64,000 nucleotides of DNA, taken from Bacteroidia bacterium (GTDB lineage: Bacteria > Bacteroidota > Bacteroidia > Bacteroidales > UBA7960). The notes under the pieces are model-generated. The model was not told the origin of the DNA, did not search any database, and saw only the letters and a program-made list of their open reading frames with translations. The stretch is taken from positions 6 through 64,005 of the forward strand of contig REEA01000064.1 in NCBI GenBank assembly GCA_007695305.1, written 5' to 3'. The translations under genes were made by a program, and so were the position numbers. Below, piece by piece: positions 47,878-58,351 of the stretch (position 1 is the first letter of the stretch; every line of letters starts with the position of its first letter).

Positions 47878-49521
47878 TCACAGCCTGATCCCCGATGTAT
47901 ATCCCCTGAAGTGCACCAGTATTTCTTTGCCCGGCTCAAATCCTTCAATGCTAAGAATTACTTTATCGGCATTTTGCAGGTCTATTACAAAATATTTTTC
48001 TATTCTGCCATTCTCATTTTTTAGCTGGTAGTAAAGATATTCATTTTCTGTTTTCTTTTGATCTTTCGTATCCTGATTCAGCTGAATAAAATCTCGCAGC
48101 TGGATGTGCAGTGAATCATTTTTATAGTATAGGTCAAATGTTGGCCTAGCAATAGCAATTTGATCATCAAAAAAGTAGGCTGCTCTTGGTACACCATGGC
48201 CATGAGCATAATCATAATAGGGATGCAGGCTTGCACTTCTCTCTATTGCGCGAAAGAGGTCCATGTTTGACATAGAGGGAAAGTTTTGCCACAGGCAGGC
48301 TGCGAAAGCGGTCACCTGCGGGCCGGCAAAAGATGTACCTGATACGGTGGTCAATCTTCGCCGGTTGGCGGCAATTACTGTTCCCAGGGCACTCACATTT
48401 GGTTTTCGGCGGCCATCGGCAGCAGGTCCAACAGAGCTGTATGATGCCCTCAACATGGATGGGAACTCCAGGGCTCCAACGGTGAGGACACTGTCGGCAT
48501 CTGCCGGAGTTACAATGATCCTCCATTGATCGTTATTTCCCATATTGCCTGCTGCATTCACTACCAGTATCCCTTTTTGTGCAGCAATGGTAGCGGCCCG
48601 TGCAACCAGGGAAGTACGGCCGTCCATCTCTTCCGGGAAATAGCGATGGAATATATAACCGAGCGATGAGTTGATGATGTCTGCACCCTTTTTGTCTGCC
48701 CATTCAACGGCAGCCAGCCAGTATTGTTCCTCGGCCATTGGTTCTCGGAATATCTCTGTACGTGCCAGCAAGAATTCTGCACCGGTTGCCATGCCAAGCG
48801 AGCCCTCATCCAGGATACCGGCAATGGCCGACAGCACCATGGTGCCGTGTGCGCTGGATACATACACATTCTCTCTTTGCCTGTGAAAGTCCCAGGTGGC
48901 AATGATCTGATCATTTTCAAACAGATGTCTGAACGCAGCGTGTGTCTTTACTCCGCGAAAACCGGCATCAAAGACGGCGATTCTAATACCGGTGCCATCA
49001 AGTCCACGGTCTCCGAAATAATCGGCATACATATGTGACTTCTGGGCATGAAACAACTTCTCATGTTCTTTCCCGATGGCGGAAAATCCAACAAAAGGGA
49101 AACCGGCAGCAGCAGGAACAAGACGCATGGTTGCCGGACGCACTTCCCTGACAAAATCAAGTTCCTCCAATGCCATGGCCTCAAACCGGCAAAGTGTAAG
49201 ATGAACTGCATTGAACCAGCGTGAAGCAACAACCGGCCCATCAGTCAGCTTTTCCATTTCCCGGATATATTCCTCTTTCACGGGGAAATTGAGGGGATCG
49301 TACAGGCAAACGTCAAGCGCTTTACGCCTCGTGATGGCTTTTTCATCAAAATAAGCATAAGGATCAAATGCTACACCTTCCTTATCCGTGAAAAATACCC
49401 AGAATGATTCCTGTGATGCAGTTGCAGAATAGCCATCGGCAGGCAATATGGAAACGGTGGTGACAGGATTTACAGTCAGCAAAAACAGGAAAGCTGCAAG
49501 TGGTAAACTATATTTCATCAC
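47878..49521 (-). CDS. S8 (subtilisin-like) serine peptidase, exported
   Basis: Triad motifs 'AVFDAGF', 'HGTMV', 'GTSFAGP'; oxyanion 'AAGN'. Confidence 0.92.
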   Translation of the reverse strand: MMKYSLPLAAFLFLLTVNPVTTVSILPADGYSATASQESFWVFFTDKEGVAFDPYAYFDEKAITRRKALDVCLYDPLNFPVKEEYIREMEKLTDGPVVASRWFNAVHLTLCRFEAMALEELDFVREVRPATMRLVPAAAGFPFVGFSAIGKEHEKLFHAQKSHMYADYFGDRGLDGTGIRIAVFDAGFRGVKTHAAFRHLFENDQIIATWDFHRQRENVYVSSAHGTMVLSAIAGILDEGSLGMATGAEFLLARTEIFREPMAEEQYWLAAVEWADKKGADIINSSLGYIFHRYFPEEMDGRTSLVARAATIAAQKGILVVNAAGNMGNNDQWRIIVTPADADSVLTVGALEFPSMLRASYSSVGPAADGRRKPNVSALGTVIAANRRRLTTVSGTSFAGPQVTAFAACLWQNFPSMSNMDLFRAIERSASLHPYYDYAHGHGVPRAAYFFDDQIAIARPTFDLYYKNDSLHIQLRDFIQLNQDTKDQKKTENEYLYYQLKNENGRIEKYFVIDLQNADKVILSIEGFEPGKEILVHFRGYTSGIRL

Positions 49522-50648
49522 TCCGTTATTTGCTGCCGCTGGTTATTATCGGAGCGCTGAAAAAGTTCCTGGATGCTGGTGCTGATAGATATGTGGTTGG
49601 GTGCGCCAGCCAGGTGATAATTAGACCGGCCATAATTAAGGTGGAAGCGGGAAATACGGACACCGAAGCCCCATGAAAAACCAACGGTTGAAAGCCTTGA
49701 CTCAACCTTCATCTCCTGCCGCCTTCTGTAGTTGTAACCCGCGCGGAAGCTAAAGCTTTGTGTGGGCAAAAACTCCAGCCCTATTGTTACGTGACGCATC
49801 AGGTTGTCGGCAAAGTCGCTTGCCTTGTCCTGAAAGCCCTGGTCTTCGCGGTCATCGCTGAAGCGGTCGGGCAACAAAATGGGCGAATCATAGGTAAGAT
49901 CGTAATTATGCAGGTTGTTTGCCACCAATGAAAACTGAAATGGTGCGTTTGCGAGCCGCTTTGTTACGCCCAGGATAAGGTCAAAGGGCAGTGGTTCGCG
50001 GTTCCCGTCATGGTAATAGGTGATTTGCCGGCCTATGTTGCGGGCAACCACCGAAGCGGCGATCAGGCTTTCCTGGTTGACATAGGCAAAAGATACATCA
50101 GTGGCAAACCCGAAAGAGTCATATTCATAAAAAGAGGAATAGATCAGCTTGAGATTGCTGCCTATTGAGAAGCGGTTATTGAGTGCTCTACCCCACCCTA
50201 TTTGAAAACTATATTCACCGGAAGTAAATTCGCCCAGGATCTGCCCGGTTTCATTGGCCTCAATAAACCTGCCATAATCAATATACTGTAAAACACCGCT
50301 GAAGTGTCCCAGGCGATTAAAGTAATGGGTGAAGCCAACTGTGCCGTAATTTATATCATCAAAATAATCCACAAAATTAAGTGTAAGATGATTGTTATGG
50401 TCCTGGCTGAGCAGAGCAGGATAAATAAAAGCCATACCAGGATCCGCTTCGAAACCGGGGAAGCCGAATCCGCCCATGGCGGTAATACGGGCGGTATAGG
50501 GCAGGTTTAAAAATTCATAAACACGGCCGCTTTGTTGCTGTGCATGAATATCCAAACTCTGGATAAACAGGATCAATAGCGTAATTAACGGAAGTCTTAC
50601 AGGCAAAATGCAGTTTATTATTGAATTGTACTTTATCTGTATTTTCAA
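49518..50648 (-). CDS. porQ: type IX secretion system protein PorQ
   Basis: 'YEFLNLP.TAR..AMGG', 'PALL', 'GYNYRR.QE', 'GFS.GFG'. Confidence 0.8.
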   Translation of the reverse strand: MKIQIKYNSIINCILPVRLPLITLLILFIQSLDIHAQQQSGRVYEFLNLPYTARITAMGGFGFPGFEADPGMAFIYPALLSQDHNNHLTLNFVDYFDDINYGTVGFTHYFNRLGHFSGVLQYIDYGRFIEANETGQILGEFTSGEYSFQIGWGRALNNRFSIGSNLKLIYSSFYEYDSFGFATDVSFAYVNQESLIAASVVARNIGRQITYYHDGNREPLPFDLILGVTKRLANAPFQFSLVANNLHNYDLTYDSPILLPDRFSDDREDQGFQDKASDFADNLMRHVTIGLEFLPTQSFSFRAGYNYRRRQEMKVESRLSTVGFSWGFGVRISRFHLNYGRSNYHLAGAPNHISISTSIQELFQRSDNNQRQQITE

Positions 50649-50676
50649 ACGAACAAAAATACAAGCTTATTTTATT

Positions 50677-51285
50677 TTACAAGGCGTTTTGATCATTTTT
50701 AAGCGGGGGCTTCAGTTCTTCATGAATTTTGAGAACCTGTGGCAAAAGTGGTTCAACACCATCATTGCAGATCACATAATCGGCATGTTTCGTTTTATAC
50801 CCATCGGGCAGCTGATGGGCAGCTCTTTTCCGAACATGGGCTTCATCCACGCCGTCTCTTTCGCATACCCGCCGGATGCGCAATTCTTCGGGGGCTGTCA
50901 CCGTAATGATTTTATCAAAATGATCGGCGTGGCCTGTCTCAAAAAGGATGGCAGCCTCCTGGATCACGTATTCAGCATCTTTATGAAGGCCGGCCCAGTT
51001 TCGGAAGTCTTCCCTGACCAGCGGATGTATGATGCTGTTGAGCATTTCCAGTTTTTCAGCATCATCGAAAACCAGTGCGGCAAGTGCAGCCCTGTCGGGC
51101 TCTCCTTCATCGTTGAAAACTTGCGGGCCGAACAAGCTGGCAATTTTGGTCTTCACAACGGGTTTTGTCAAAAATGATTTTCCCCTGGCATCGGCATAAT
51201 AGACAGGAATCCTGAGTTGCTCAAAGATGCGGCAAACCGTTGTTTTGCCGCTTCCAATACTGCCTGTAAGTCCAACGAGTATCAT
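50677..51285 (-). CDS. coaE: dephospho-CoA kinase
   Basis: 'GLTGSIGSGKTT', 'IIHP.V', 'EAAILFE', 'RV..RD'. Confidence 0.95.
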   Translation of the reverse strand: MILVGLTGSIGSGKTTVCRIFEQLRIPVYYADARGKSFLTKPVVKTKIASLFGPQVFNDEGEPDRAALAALVFDDAEKLEMLNSIIHPLVREDFRNWAGLHKDAEYVIQEAAILFETGHADHFDKIITVTAPEELRIRRVCERDGVDEAHVRKRAAHQLPDGYKTKHADYVICNDGVEPLLPQVLKIHEELKPPLKNDQNAL

Positions 51286-51334
51286 TGTTTATAGTGTCTA
51301 ATCAAGATGGCAGGCCGCGGAAATTGTCCTGAAA

Positions 51335-52342
51335 TTACTCCAGGATAATATATTCTACGTGCCGGGGGCGATGGTACAATATCTCCACAAAGGAAGGATA
51401 GTTTTCAAGAAGCACTTCCAGTCTGCCGTCGCTATTTTCCATGGCTTGGGGACAATAGGCTACAGCCCTGAACATTTCCTCTGAAACCGCCTGGTAATCG
51501 CGCAACGCAACCAGGTAATGCACGGTGACCCGGCTGGGGAATATTCTTACATTCATGTGGGCATACTGCTCCGGGCAAATCATATGCACCCGAAGGTCTT
51601 TTGTTGCCTCTGTAAACTCCTCAACGGGGATGCTTACCGTTATCCGGGGCTTTTCTGCTTCCCGGGGTGCGGTGCGTGCAGGCAGAATCAACTCCAGGTT
51701 TTCCTGTGTGGTTCTTCTGAGGTTGTGTGCTTTCCATAGTTCAGTTTCGACATATTTTATTTCATCCATTACCGTTTTGGGACCTTTCAAGGTGATGCTG
51801 TCGGGATCGAGGGTAATGTTGCCATACAGGCCGAATCTTCTTTCGAATGATATATCCGCATTGAGTATCACCGGAAGAGTTCTGGTAACAGAGGGGGCCA
51901 ATTCCATAAGCAGGGTATCCGGCCGGGCTTTTAGAATTCTGACACGTCCTTCAGTGATATTTTCAAAAGCCTGTATGAGCATGGCATCTGACAGAAAACG
52001 GTAGATAGTTCCATCTCTGTTTATTTGTGGTACTGATTCTGCATCCAGAAGCAAGCTGTCTTTGGGAAGAAATAATTGTTCACGAATCAATCTCAGGCCT
52101 TTTGATTGGAGGGTAAACGAAACGATGGTGTCGCTTTGCATCACAACCGACTGGTCTTCAGGGATATTATAAAAAGCCACGGGGCGATGAAAAACGGCCT
52201 GACTCTCCTGGGTCAGCTTGGAAAAAAGCCAAAAGACGGCACTGCAAACAAGGCATAACAGAAAAATATATACCTTTCGCTTGCTTGCCGCCTCCCCGGG
52301 CGTTAAGACATCTTTTTTACGCCATAATATATTCCAGTTCAT
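51335..52342 (-). CDS. YbbR/CdaR-like membrane-anchored protein
   Basis: N-terminal TM 'FW.FSKL', 'PDSITLKGP', 'VEEFTE', 'FPSRV'; yajC-coaE context. Confidence 0.75.
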   Translation of the reverse strand: MNWNILWRKKDVLTPGEAASKRKVYIFLLCLVCSAVFWLFSKLTQESQAVFHRPVAFYNIPEDQSVVMQSDTIVSFTLQSKGLRLIREQLFLPKDSLLLDAESVPQINRDGTIYRFLSDAMLIQAFENITEGRVRILKARPDTLLMELAPSVTRTLPVILNADISFERRFGLYGNITLDPDSITLKGPKTVMDEIKYVETELWKAHNLRRTTQENLELILPARTAPREAEKPRITVSIPVEEFTEATKDLRVHMICPEQYAHMNVRIFPSRVTVHYLVALRDYQAVSEEMFRAVAYCPQAMENSDGRLEVLLENYPSFVEILYHRPRHVEYIILE

Positions 52343-52678
52343 TTACCGTTTGTCACCGAGCTGTTCTGATGCACCGCCCATGGAAACGGCAGACTTTTCT
52401 ATACGCAATCTGTTGCCTCCTTCTACCTCAATAGTAAATGTTTGTTCCTGTTCTTCAACTATTTTACCGTGAATACCCCCAATGGTGATGATCTTATCAC
52501 CTTTCTTCAAAGCTTCACGGTATTGACGCAGCTGCTTTTGTTTTCGCATTTGCGGCCTGATAAAAAACATGTAGAACACAAGAATAATAAGTATCAGAGG
52601 CAAGAAAGCACCCAAACCACCTCCACCGTTCTCAGAGGGAACCATTAAAAACATATACATCAAATTCATGGGTTTCAA
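52343..52678 (-). CDS. yajC: preprotein translocase subunit YajC
   Basis: 'FFIRPQ.RKQK', 'LKKGD..ITIGGIHG'. Confidence 0.95.
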   Translation of the reverse strand: MKPMNLMYMFLMVPSENGGGGLGAFLPLILIILVFYMFFIRPQMRKQKQLRQYREALKKGDKIITIGGIHGKIVEEQEQTFTIEVEGGNRLRIEKSAVSMGGASEQLGDKR

Positions 52679-52719
52679 TTTTTTTCAATTTAACAATAGG
52701 AAAATACAAAGTTAATAAA

Positions 52720-53673
52720 TCATTGCAAAGATTTGTCATCAAGACCGGAAACAGCCGGACTAATCAGCTTGTCCCTGATAAACTCCTCAACCAGTTTGTC
52801 GAGCACGCCGTTGACAAATATCTTGCTTTTGGGTGTACTGTAGATTTTTGATAGTTCGATATATTCATTGAGGCTGACTTTGACGGGAATTTCCGGAAAC
52901 TTCAGGATCTCAGTCAGTGCCATTTCCATAATGATCATGTCCATGAGCGCTATCCGTTCCACGTCCCAGTTTTTGGTTTTAGCCGAAATGATGGTATGAA
53001 ACTCCCTATGATTCAGAATGCATTTTCTGAACAGTTCAACCGCAAACTTCTTGTCGGCAGGGTCTTTATACAAATCCATCAATACCAGTTTACCGTCTGC
53101 TTCCCGGATGTTCTTTAAAGTTTTGATGATCATCTTGTTAACCAGCTCCCAGTCATCCAGCCAATAAATGCTTTTTTCTTCGTAAAATGAATACAAAGCA
53201 TCACCGGGAAGGATATCCTTATTGATCATTTTCAGCACAAACCGCAGATCGGCTTCTTCATCAACTGTTTCTTCGGACATATAGGCTTTATAGTACGCTT
53301 GCTTTTTGATCTGCTGAATCAGTTTGCGCACAAGTTCTCTCTCTCCCTGCCAGTTTACACCCTTGTTCCGTGCCTTTTTCTGCAGTATAGGGTCATCGGC
53401 AATCAGACGCAGAGTCTTATTCTCAACCATACGCCTGTTGGGATCCCTTTCCTCGTCTGTTGGCAAATACTTCGACATGTTTTCACCCATCAACTGATCT
53501 TCCTGATACACCAACTCCGCCAGAAGCATCAATTGAAAGAGATAGAGCTCGTATATCTTGTCTATGCTGTACAACAATTCTTTTTCACCGGAAGAAAGAT
53601 CCTCATTGTTGGATTGCATGAATGCATACAGGCTCTGAAGTACCTTTACACGCAGATGTCGTCGGTTCAGCAT
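52720..53673 (-). CDS. nusB: transcription antitermination factor NusB (long Bacteroidota form)
   Basis: 'MLNRRHLRVKV.Q', 'NWDVERIA', 'NEYIE', 'FVNGVLD'. Confidence 0.93.
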   Translation of the reverse strand: MLNRRHLRVKVLQSLYAFMQSNNEDLSSGEKELLYSIDKIYELYLFQLMLLAELVYQEDQLMGENMSKYLPTDEERDPNRRMVENKTLRLIADDPILQKKARNKGVNWQGERELVRKLIQQIKKQAYYKAYMSEETVDEEADLRFVLKMINKDILPGDALYSFYEEKSIYWLDDWELVNKMIIKTLKNIREADGKLVLMDLYKDPADKKFAVELFRKCILNHREFHTIISAKTKNWDVERIALMDMIIMEMALTEILKFPEIPVKVSLNEYIELSKIYSTPKSKIFVNGVLDKLVEEFIRDKLISPAVSGLDDKSLQ

Positions 53674-53748
53674 ATAGCTTTACTCATTATAATGACACAA
53701 AAACGGGATATTGCCACTGCCAAGGTTAAATCCCAATAAAAAACACTG

Positions 53749-53797
53749 CAAAAGTAACTTAAATTTTTTCTGCTTTGAATTGAATTTATTAAATTTG
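53749..53797. promoter_or_regulatory. divergent sigma-A -7 elements for nusB (minus, 53749-56) and DUF3276 (plus, 53790-97)
   Basis: TACTTTTG and TAAATTTG matches. Confidence 0.55.
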
Positions 53798-53873
53798 TTG
53801 TTGGCTATGCAGCCAATGTGGTTTTATAGAATGCCAAAATTTATTGAATAAGTAAGAAAACAGGAGTATTATT

Positions 53874-54308
53874 ATGGAAGAATTTGGCACCGATGTTCCC
53901 AGGGACGATGTTTATTCAAAAGCGGTAAGGGCGGGAAAAAGAACCTACTTTTTTGATGTAAAATCCACACGTTCCAACGAATTGTATCTTACCATAACGG
54001 AGAGTAAGAGGCGGTTTAACCAGCAGACAGGAAAGTTTTTTTTCGAAAAACACAAGCTGTTTCTTTACAGGGAAGATTTTGAGAAGTTTCAGGAAGCGCT
54101 GGAAGAAGTGTTTAAAGCCATTGATGATCTGCAGGGAGAAATCATAAAAGAAGACAAACCCTCTGTGGAACCGTCCGGATCATTTGGTCGGGGATCGGAT
54201 GTTTCCTTTGAAGATCTTGACAAGGAAGCTGAAGAAACGGAAGATCAAAAACCTGAAGAACCAGGTGATGATGATGCCGGCCCTGAAGGAGAAAAAGAAG
54301 AATCATAG
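53874..54308 (+). CDS. DUF3276 / PUR-family nucleic-acid-binding protein
   Basis: 'SKAVRAGKRTYFFDVK', 'YLTITESK', 'KHK.FLY.EDF'. Confidence 0.88.
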   Translation: MEEFGTDVPRDDVYSKAVRAGKRTYFFDVKSTRSNELYLTITESKRRFNQQTGKFFFEKHKLFLYREDFEKFQEALEEVFKAIDDLQGEIIKEDKPSVEPSGSFGRGSDVSFEDLDKEAEETEDQKPEEPGDDDAGPEGEKEES

Positions 54309-54312
54309 GCTT

Positions 54313-55104
54313 TCACTGCTTGTATTTTCCCAGTTGGTTGCTGATTTTCTTTTTTCGTTTGCGTCTGCGCTGGTGTTTCAGTGTATAAAGTCGCATGGTG
54401 CGGAAAATTTGCTCCTGATCAATATTGGTCAGTAAAGCATATTCCTCGCTCATCAACTTTAGCATATCCTCTGTTGCCGATAATCGCGCGAAATTCTTCA
54501 TGCGTGTTTGAAAACCCATGCTGCGGTTTAACTTCATCCGGTTCAAATCCACCAGGAAAAACGAGTATTCGCCGGTTTTTTGCTTGATGATCAGTGTATT
54601 GCCCGGCGAATGATCTAAAAAAAGGATACCTTTTTCGTGTAAACGGTATGTAAAACGGGTAAACTGCCTCACGATTTCTTCCCTGTCGGCATATCCCGGG
54701 TGATCAATGAGGGTTCTGAGGGTCAGGTCTTCCCGGATATGTAAGCTGACGTAAAAACTTTTCCCCAGCAACAAGGCTTTTTTTTGCTCGAAATAGGCAA
54801 CCGGTGGAGGCGTTCCGATGTTTTGCTGCAAAAGAAAATGTGCATATTCGTAAGACCTTCTGGCTTTTGATTTCCTGACTGAATGGTATATGAACCGGTT
54901 GAAAAGGTTTGGTACTTTGAAGGATTTCACATTCAGGTGAACATTGTCCACAACAATATGCTTTACCATATTTCTTTTTCCCTTGCCCACCTTTGTGCCC
55001 AGATTATCAAAATCTTCGATGGCATGAAGAACCTGTTTCCGGATGTTTTCGTGGTATGGAGAAAACACTGTATTGGCAAACTTTTCTGACAACCTGCTCT
55101 GCAT
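54313..55104 (-). CDS. Kdo/lipopolysaccharide kinase (InaA/WaaP-like)
   Basis: 'VKSF', 'SKARRSYEYA', 'TPPP', 'DHSPGN', 'VDLNR'. Confidence 0.8.
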   Translation of the reverse strand: MQSRLSEKFANTVFSPYHENIRKQVLHAIEDFDNLGTKVGKGKRNMVKHIVVDNVHLNVKSFKVPNLFNRFIYHSVRKSKARRSYEYAHFLLQQNIGTPPPVAYFEQKKALLLGKSFYVSLHIREDLTLRTLIDHPGYADREEIVRQFTRFTYRLHEKGILFLDHSPGNTLIIKQKTGEYSFFLVDLNRMKLNRSMGFQTRMKNFARLSATEDMLKLMSEEYALLTNIDQEQIFRTMRLYTLKHQRRRKRKKKISNQLGKYKQ

Positions 55105-55176
55105 TCCTTTTTAAATGATTGTTATTTTGGGAAATTGAATGGGGTTAATGTGAGAATTGATTGTGGCAAACATGAA

Positions 55177-56430
55177 TCAACGGGTTTTTGGGCGGGATGT
55201 TTTCTTTTTGTATGGTGCACCGCCTTGCTTTTTTCTTCCTGAAAACTTCCTGTGTCTTTTCCATTTTTCCTCATCCGCACCCGGGTGATATTCCGGCACC
55301 TCACCCAGTTCATCAGGAACCTTTGATTTATCTACCGCTTTCCCAAGCAGGCGTTCGATGGAGGCAAATTTGCGCTGCTCTTCCGGGTTTATGAATGTGC
55401 ACGCCTTGCCATGGGCGCCGGCCCTTGCAGTCCTGCCGATGCGATGCACATAATCCTCCGCATCATGTGGCACATCATAATTGATGACCATGTCAATATC
55501 CTCCACATCAATGCCTCTGGAGATAATGTCTGTAGCTACCAGGATTCTGATCTGCCGGCTTTTAAACCTGTTCATCACTGCTTCACGTTCAGCCTGGAGG
55601 AGGTCAGAATGAATTTCTTCCACTGACAAAAACTTCTTTTTAAGGTTTCTGCTCAACTGCTTTACGCCTACCTTGGTATCACTGAATATCAGTATACTTT
55701 TCATCCTTTCATCCCCTACGAGCATGTTTACCAGGGGCATTTTCTGATCTTCAAACACAACATAAGCCTCCTGGCGTATCTGTTCAGGCGGTGTGGACAG
55801 ACCAATATTGACCTCTGCGGGACGACGAAGTATTTTACGTGCCAGATCCCTTATTTTGAGTGGCATGGTAGCGGAAAACAACAGGCTTTGTCTTTTCTTT
55901 GGCAGGAAAGATATGATTTTCATGATGTCGTCGTGGAAGCCCATGTCCAGCATCCTGTCGGCTTCATCCAATATTAGAAAATCAAGGTCGCTGAAGTCAA
56001 CATATCCCAGGTTCAGGTGGCTGATCATCCGGCCCGGGGTACACACCACCATATCTGCACCACTGGTAAGTGCCCGTTTTTCATTGGAAAACACCTCCCC
56101 TGTGCCGCCGCCATAGATGGCCTGTGAGCTGACAGGGGCAAAATAACCAAAACCTTCCATTTGCTGTGAGATCTGCACGGCAAGTTCCCTGGTTGGCACA
56201 ATCACCAGGGCCTTCGTTTTCTCGCTGCGCTCACCGGTGATGATCTTGTGGATAACGGGCAATAAAAAAGCAGCCGTTTTCCCGGTTCCGGTCTGAGCAC
56301 AGGCAATTACATCACGCTCCTTCAATATTTCAGGAATAACCTGCTCCTGAACCGGCGTGGCCTGTTCAAAACGCATGGCTTCTATTCCTTCCAACAAACG
56401 CTTATCCAATCCAAATGAAGAAAAGTCCAA
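55177..56430 (-). CDS. DEAD-box RNA helicase
   Basis: Q motif, 'AQTGTGKT', 'PTRELA', 'DEAD', 'SAT', 'HRIGRTAR'; TTG start. Confidence 0.95.
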   Translation of the reverse strand: MDFSSFGLDKRLLEGIEAMRFEQATPVQEQVIPEILKERDVIACAQTGTGKTAAFLLPVIHKIITGERSEKTKALVIVPTRELAVQISQQMEGFGYFAPVSSQAIYGGGTGEVFSNEKRALTSGADMVVCTPGRMISHLNLGYVDFSDLDFLILDEADRMLDMGFHDDIMKIISFLPKKRQSLLFSATMPLKIRDLARKILRRPAEVNIGLSTPPEQIRQEAYVVFEDQKMPLVNMLVGDERMKSILIFSDTKVGVKQLSRNLKKKFLSVEEIHSDLLQAEREAVMNRFKSRQIRILVATDIISRGIDVEDIDMVINYDVPHDAEDYVHRIGRTARAGAHGKACTFINPEEQRKFASIERLLGKAVDKSKVPDELGEVPEYHPGADEEKWKRHRKFSGRKKQGGAPYKKKTSRPKTR

Positions 56431-56643
56431 AATAAAATATATTTATGTTATATCTGCAAAGATACACAAAGCAATCAGAGTAAACTATAAAACCAATGCA
56501 TACGTCAATATAAAACGCCTTTATTTATATTTTTGCGGTAAGGTTTTTTTTTGCCGGAGTGGAGTATTTCCAATGCAGCCCGGCCAAAGAATCCAAACAA
56601 AACGGAGAGCCAATATTGGTCAGCTAAACGAATAATCAGGGTT

Positions 56644-57234
56644 ATGGGAGTGATCATTAAAACAGTATCGGGCAATGCCATTCAGCCATATATTCCGGAC
56701 CTTGCCAGGTTACGAATGGATATATTCAGGGACTTCCCCTATCTGTATGAGGGAAGCGCTGCATACGAAGAAGGATACCTGGCCACTTATCTGCGTTCGG
56801 AAGAAACCGTAATGGTGCTGGTCATTGACGGAAGCCGCGTGGTGGGTGCTTCATCGGGGATGCCTATGGAAATGGAGACAAATGCGGTAACAAGGCCATT
56901 TTTGGAGGCCGGCATGTCAACCGCAAATATTTTTTATTTCGGCGAGTCCCTGTTATACAGCCCTTACCGTGGGAAGGGCATTGGTCATAAGTTTTTTGAC
57001 GAACGGGAAAAACACGCCAGAGCATCGGGCACATTTATCATCACTGCATTTTGCGCGGTTCAGCGCCCCACCACCCATCCTTTACGACCCAAAGGATATC
57101 AACCCCTGGATGCCTTTTGGGAAAAAAGAGGATATACCCGGCGGCCGGATCTCATGACCACATTTCAGTGGCAGGATATCGGGGAAAAAGAAGAAACGGA
57201 AAAACCCATGATGTTCTGGATCAGAAAATGGTGA
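56644..57234 (+). CDS. GNAT family N-acetyltransferase
   Basis: 'LARLR..IFR.FPYLY.G', 'YFGESLL...YRGKGIG', 'FWEKRGY'. Confidence 0.85.
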   Translation: MGVIIKTVSGNAIQPYIPDLARLRMDIFRDFPYLYEGSAAYEEGYLATYLRSEETVMVLVIDGSRVVGASSGMPMEMETNAVTRPFLEAGMSTANIFYFGESLLYSPYRGKGIGHKFFDEREKHARASGTFIITAFCAVQRPTTHPLRPKGYQPLDAFWEKRGYTRRPDLMTTFQWQDIGEKEETEKPMMFWIRKW

Positions 57235-58264
57235 CTCCAAAATAGGCAAGAACCATGTGTACAATTAACCCCAGCATAAACATCCCGCCAAACTTACGGT
57301 TATGGACAAAAGCATAGGAAGAGTACCAGAGTGGCCATGCATCTTTTGGATAATCTGATGGGCATTCTTCAGGTGTTGGCTTGGTAAACACCCGCCTGAT
57401 GGTTCCCAGGTAATAAGGCAATGCCACCAAAACCAGCAACAGTGCCACGGAGAAGAAACCGGTAGCAATGAGATAGAAAACAACCAGGTACTGCAGTGCA
57501 AATAAAAGCATGGTCGTTCGCCGGGCTGCCAGATGTCCGATGATTACCGGGAATGTTCGCACTTTTCTGGGTTTGTCCCACGGTATCTTGTCAATATGTT
57601 TCCCAAACAATACCGCTGTCGGACCCAGAGCATATGGTAAACTTGCGATGGCCACATCCCACGACCAAAAACCTGTGATGGCAAGAAAACCTCCACCGAT
57701 CATCATGGGTCCCCACACAACTACCACGAGGGGTTCGCCCAAACCGATGTGTTTAAGCGGCCAATTGTAAGCAAAAAGGAGCACAATGCCCACCAGGAAA
57801 AACCATAGAACGGTTGTACCTGAGGCGAGCACCAGCCAGATTCCCGCGAGGGCTCCGATCAATGCGGTGAGGAAAGCCATCCGGCGTGATTGCCCAACGG
57901 ACATGAACCCCTGCTCAACAGGCTGAGTGCCATATTGTGTACGAAACGCGTTGTTTTTGTCAATGCCCCTCCGGTGATCGGTGAGATCATTGAGGATATT
58001 GTTGGCTGCATGTGCCATCAGCAGCCCCACAAGCAATACAACAAACCTTAACCAGTCAAAATGGCCTGCCATCTGCGCATACATGCCGGCTATGATGCCT
58101 GCAAACAGGGTCATTAACAGGACAGCGGCCCTGGTGGATATCAACCAGCGACTCAAGGGGTCAAGAGCATCCCATTGTGACTTGTCTTTCACACGGGGTA
58201 TGCCTGCAAGCGCTTTGCGCCACATAGCTGTATCGGGTCTGAGCAATGTATGCTTCTGTTGCAT
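57221..58264 (-). CDS. UbiA/MenA family prenyltransferase
   Basis: 'NDLTD..RGID' Asp-rich motif, 'GLGE', 'D...D', multiple TMs. Confidence 0.8.
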   Translation of the reverse strand: MQQKHTLLRPDTAMWRKALAGIPRVKDKSQWDALDPLSRWLISTRAAVLLMTLFAGIIAGMYAQMAGHFDWLRFVVLLVGLLMAHAANNILNDLTDHRRGIDKNNAFRTQYGTQPVEQGFMSVGQSRRMAFLTALIGALAGIWLVLASGTTVLWFFLVGIVLLFAYNWPLKHIGLGEPLVVVVWGPMMIGGGFLAITGFWSWDVAIASLPYALGPTAVLFGKHIDKIPWDKPRKVRTFPVIIGHLAARRTTMLLFALQYLVVFYLIATGFFSVALLLVLVALPYYLGTIRRVFTKPTPEECPSDYPKDAWPLWYSSYAFVHNRKFGGMFMLGLIVHMVLAYFGVTIF

Positions 58265-58351
58265 TTATTGAATGTTTTGATATTTACCAGCCTTATTAAA
58301 ACACCAAAAGAACAATAAAATCAACAAAAGGTTTGAAAAGATGAATCAGAA

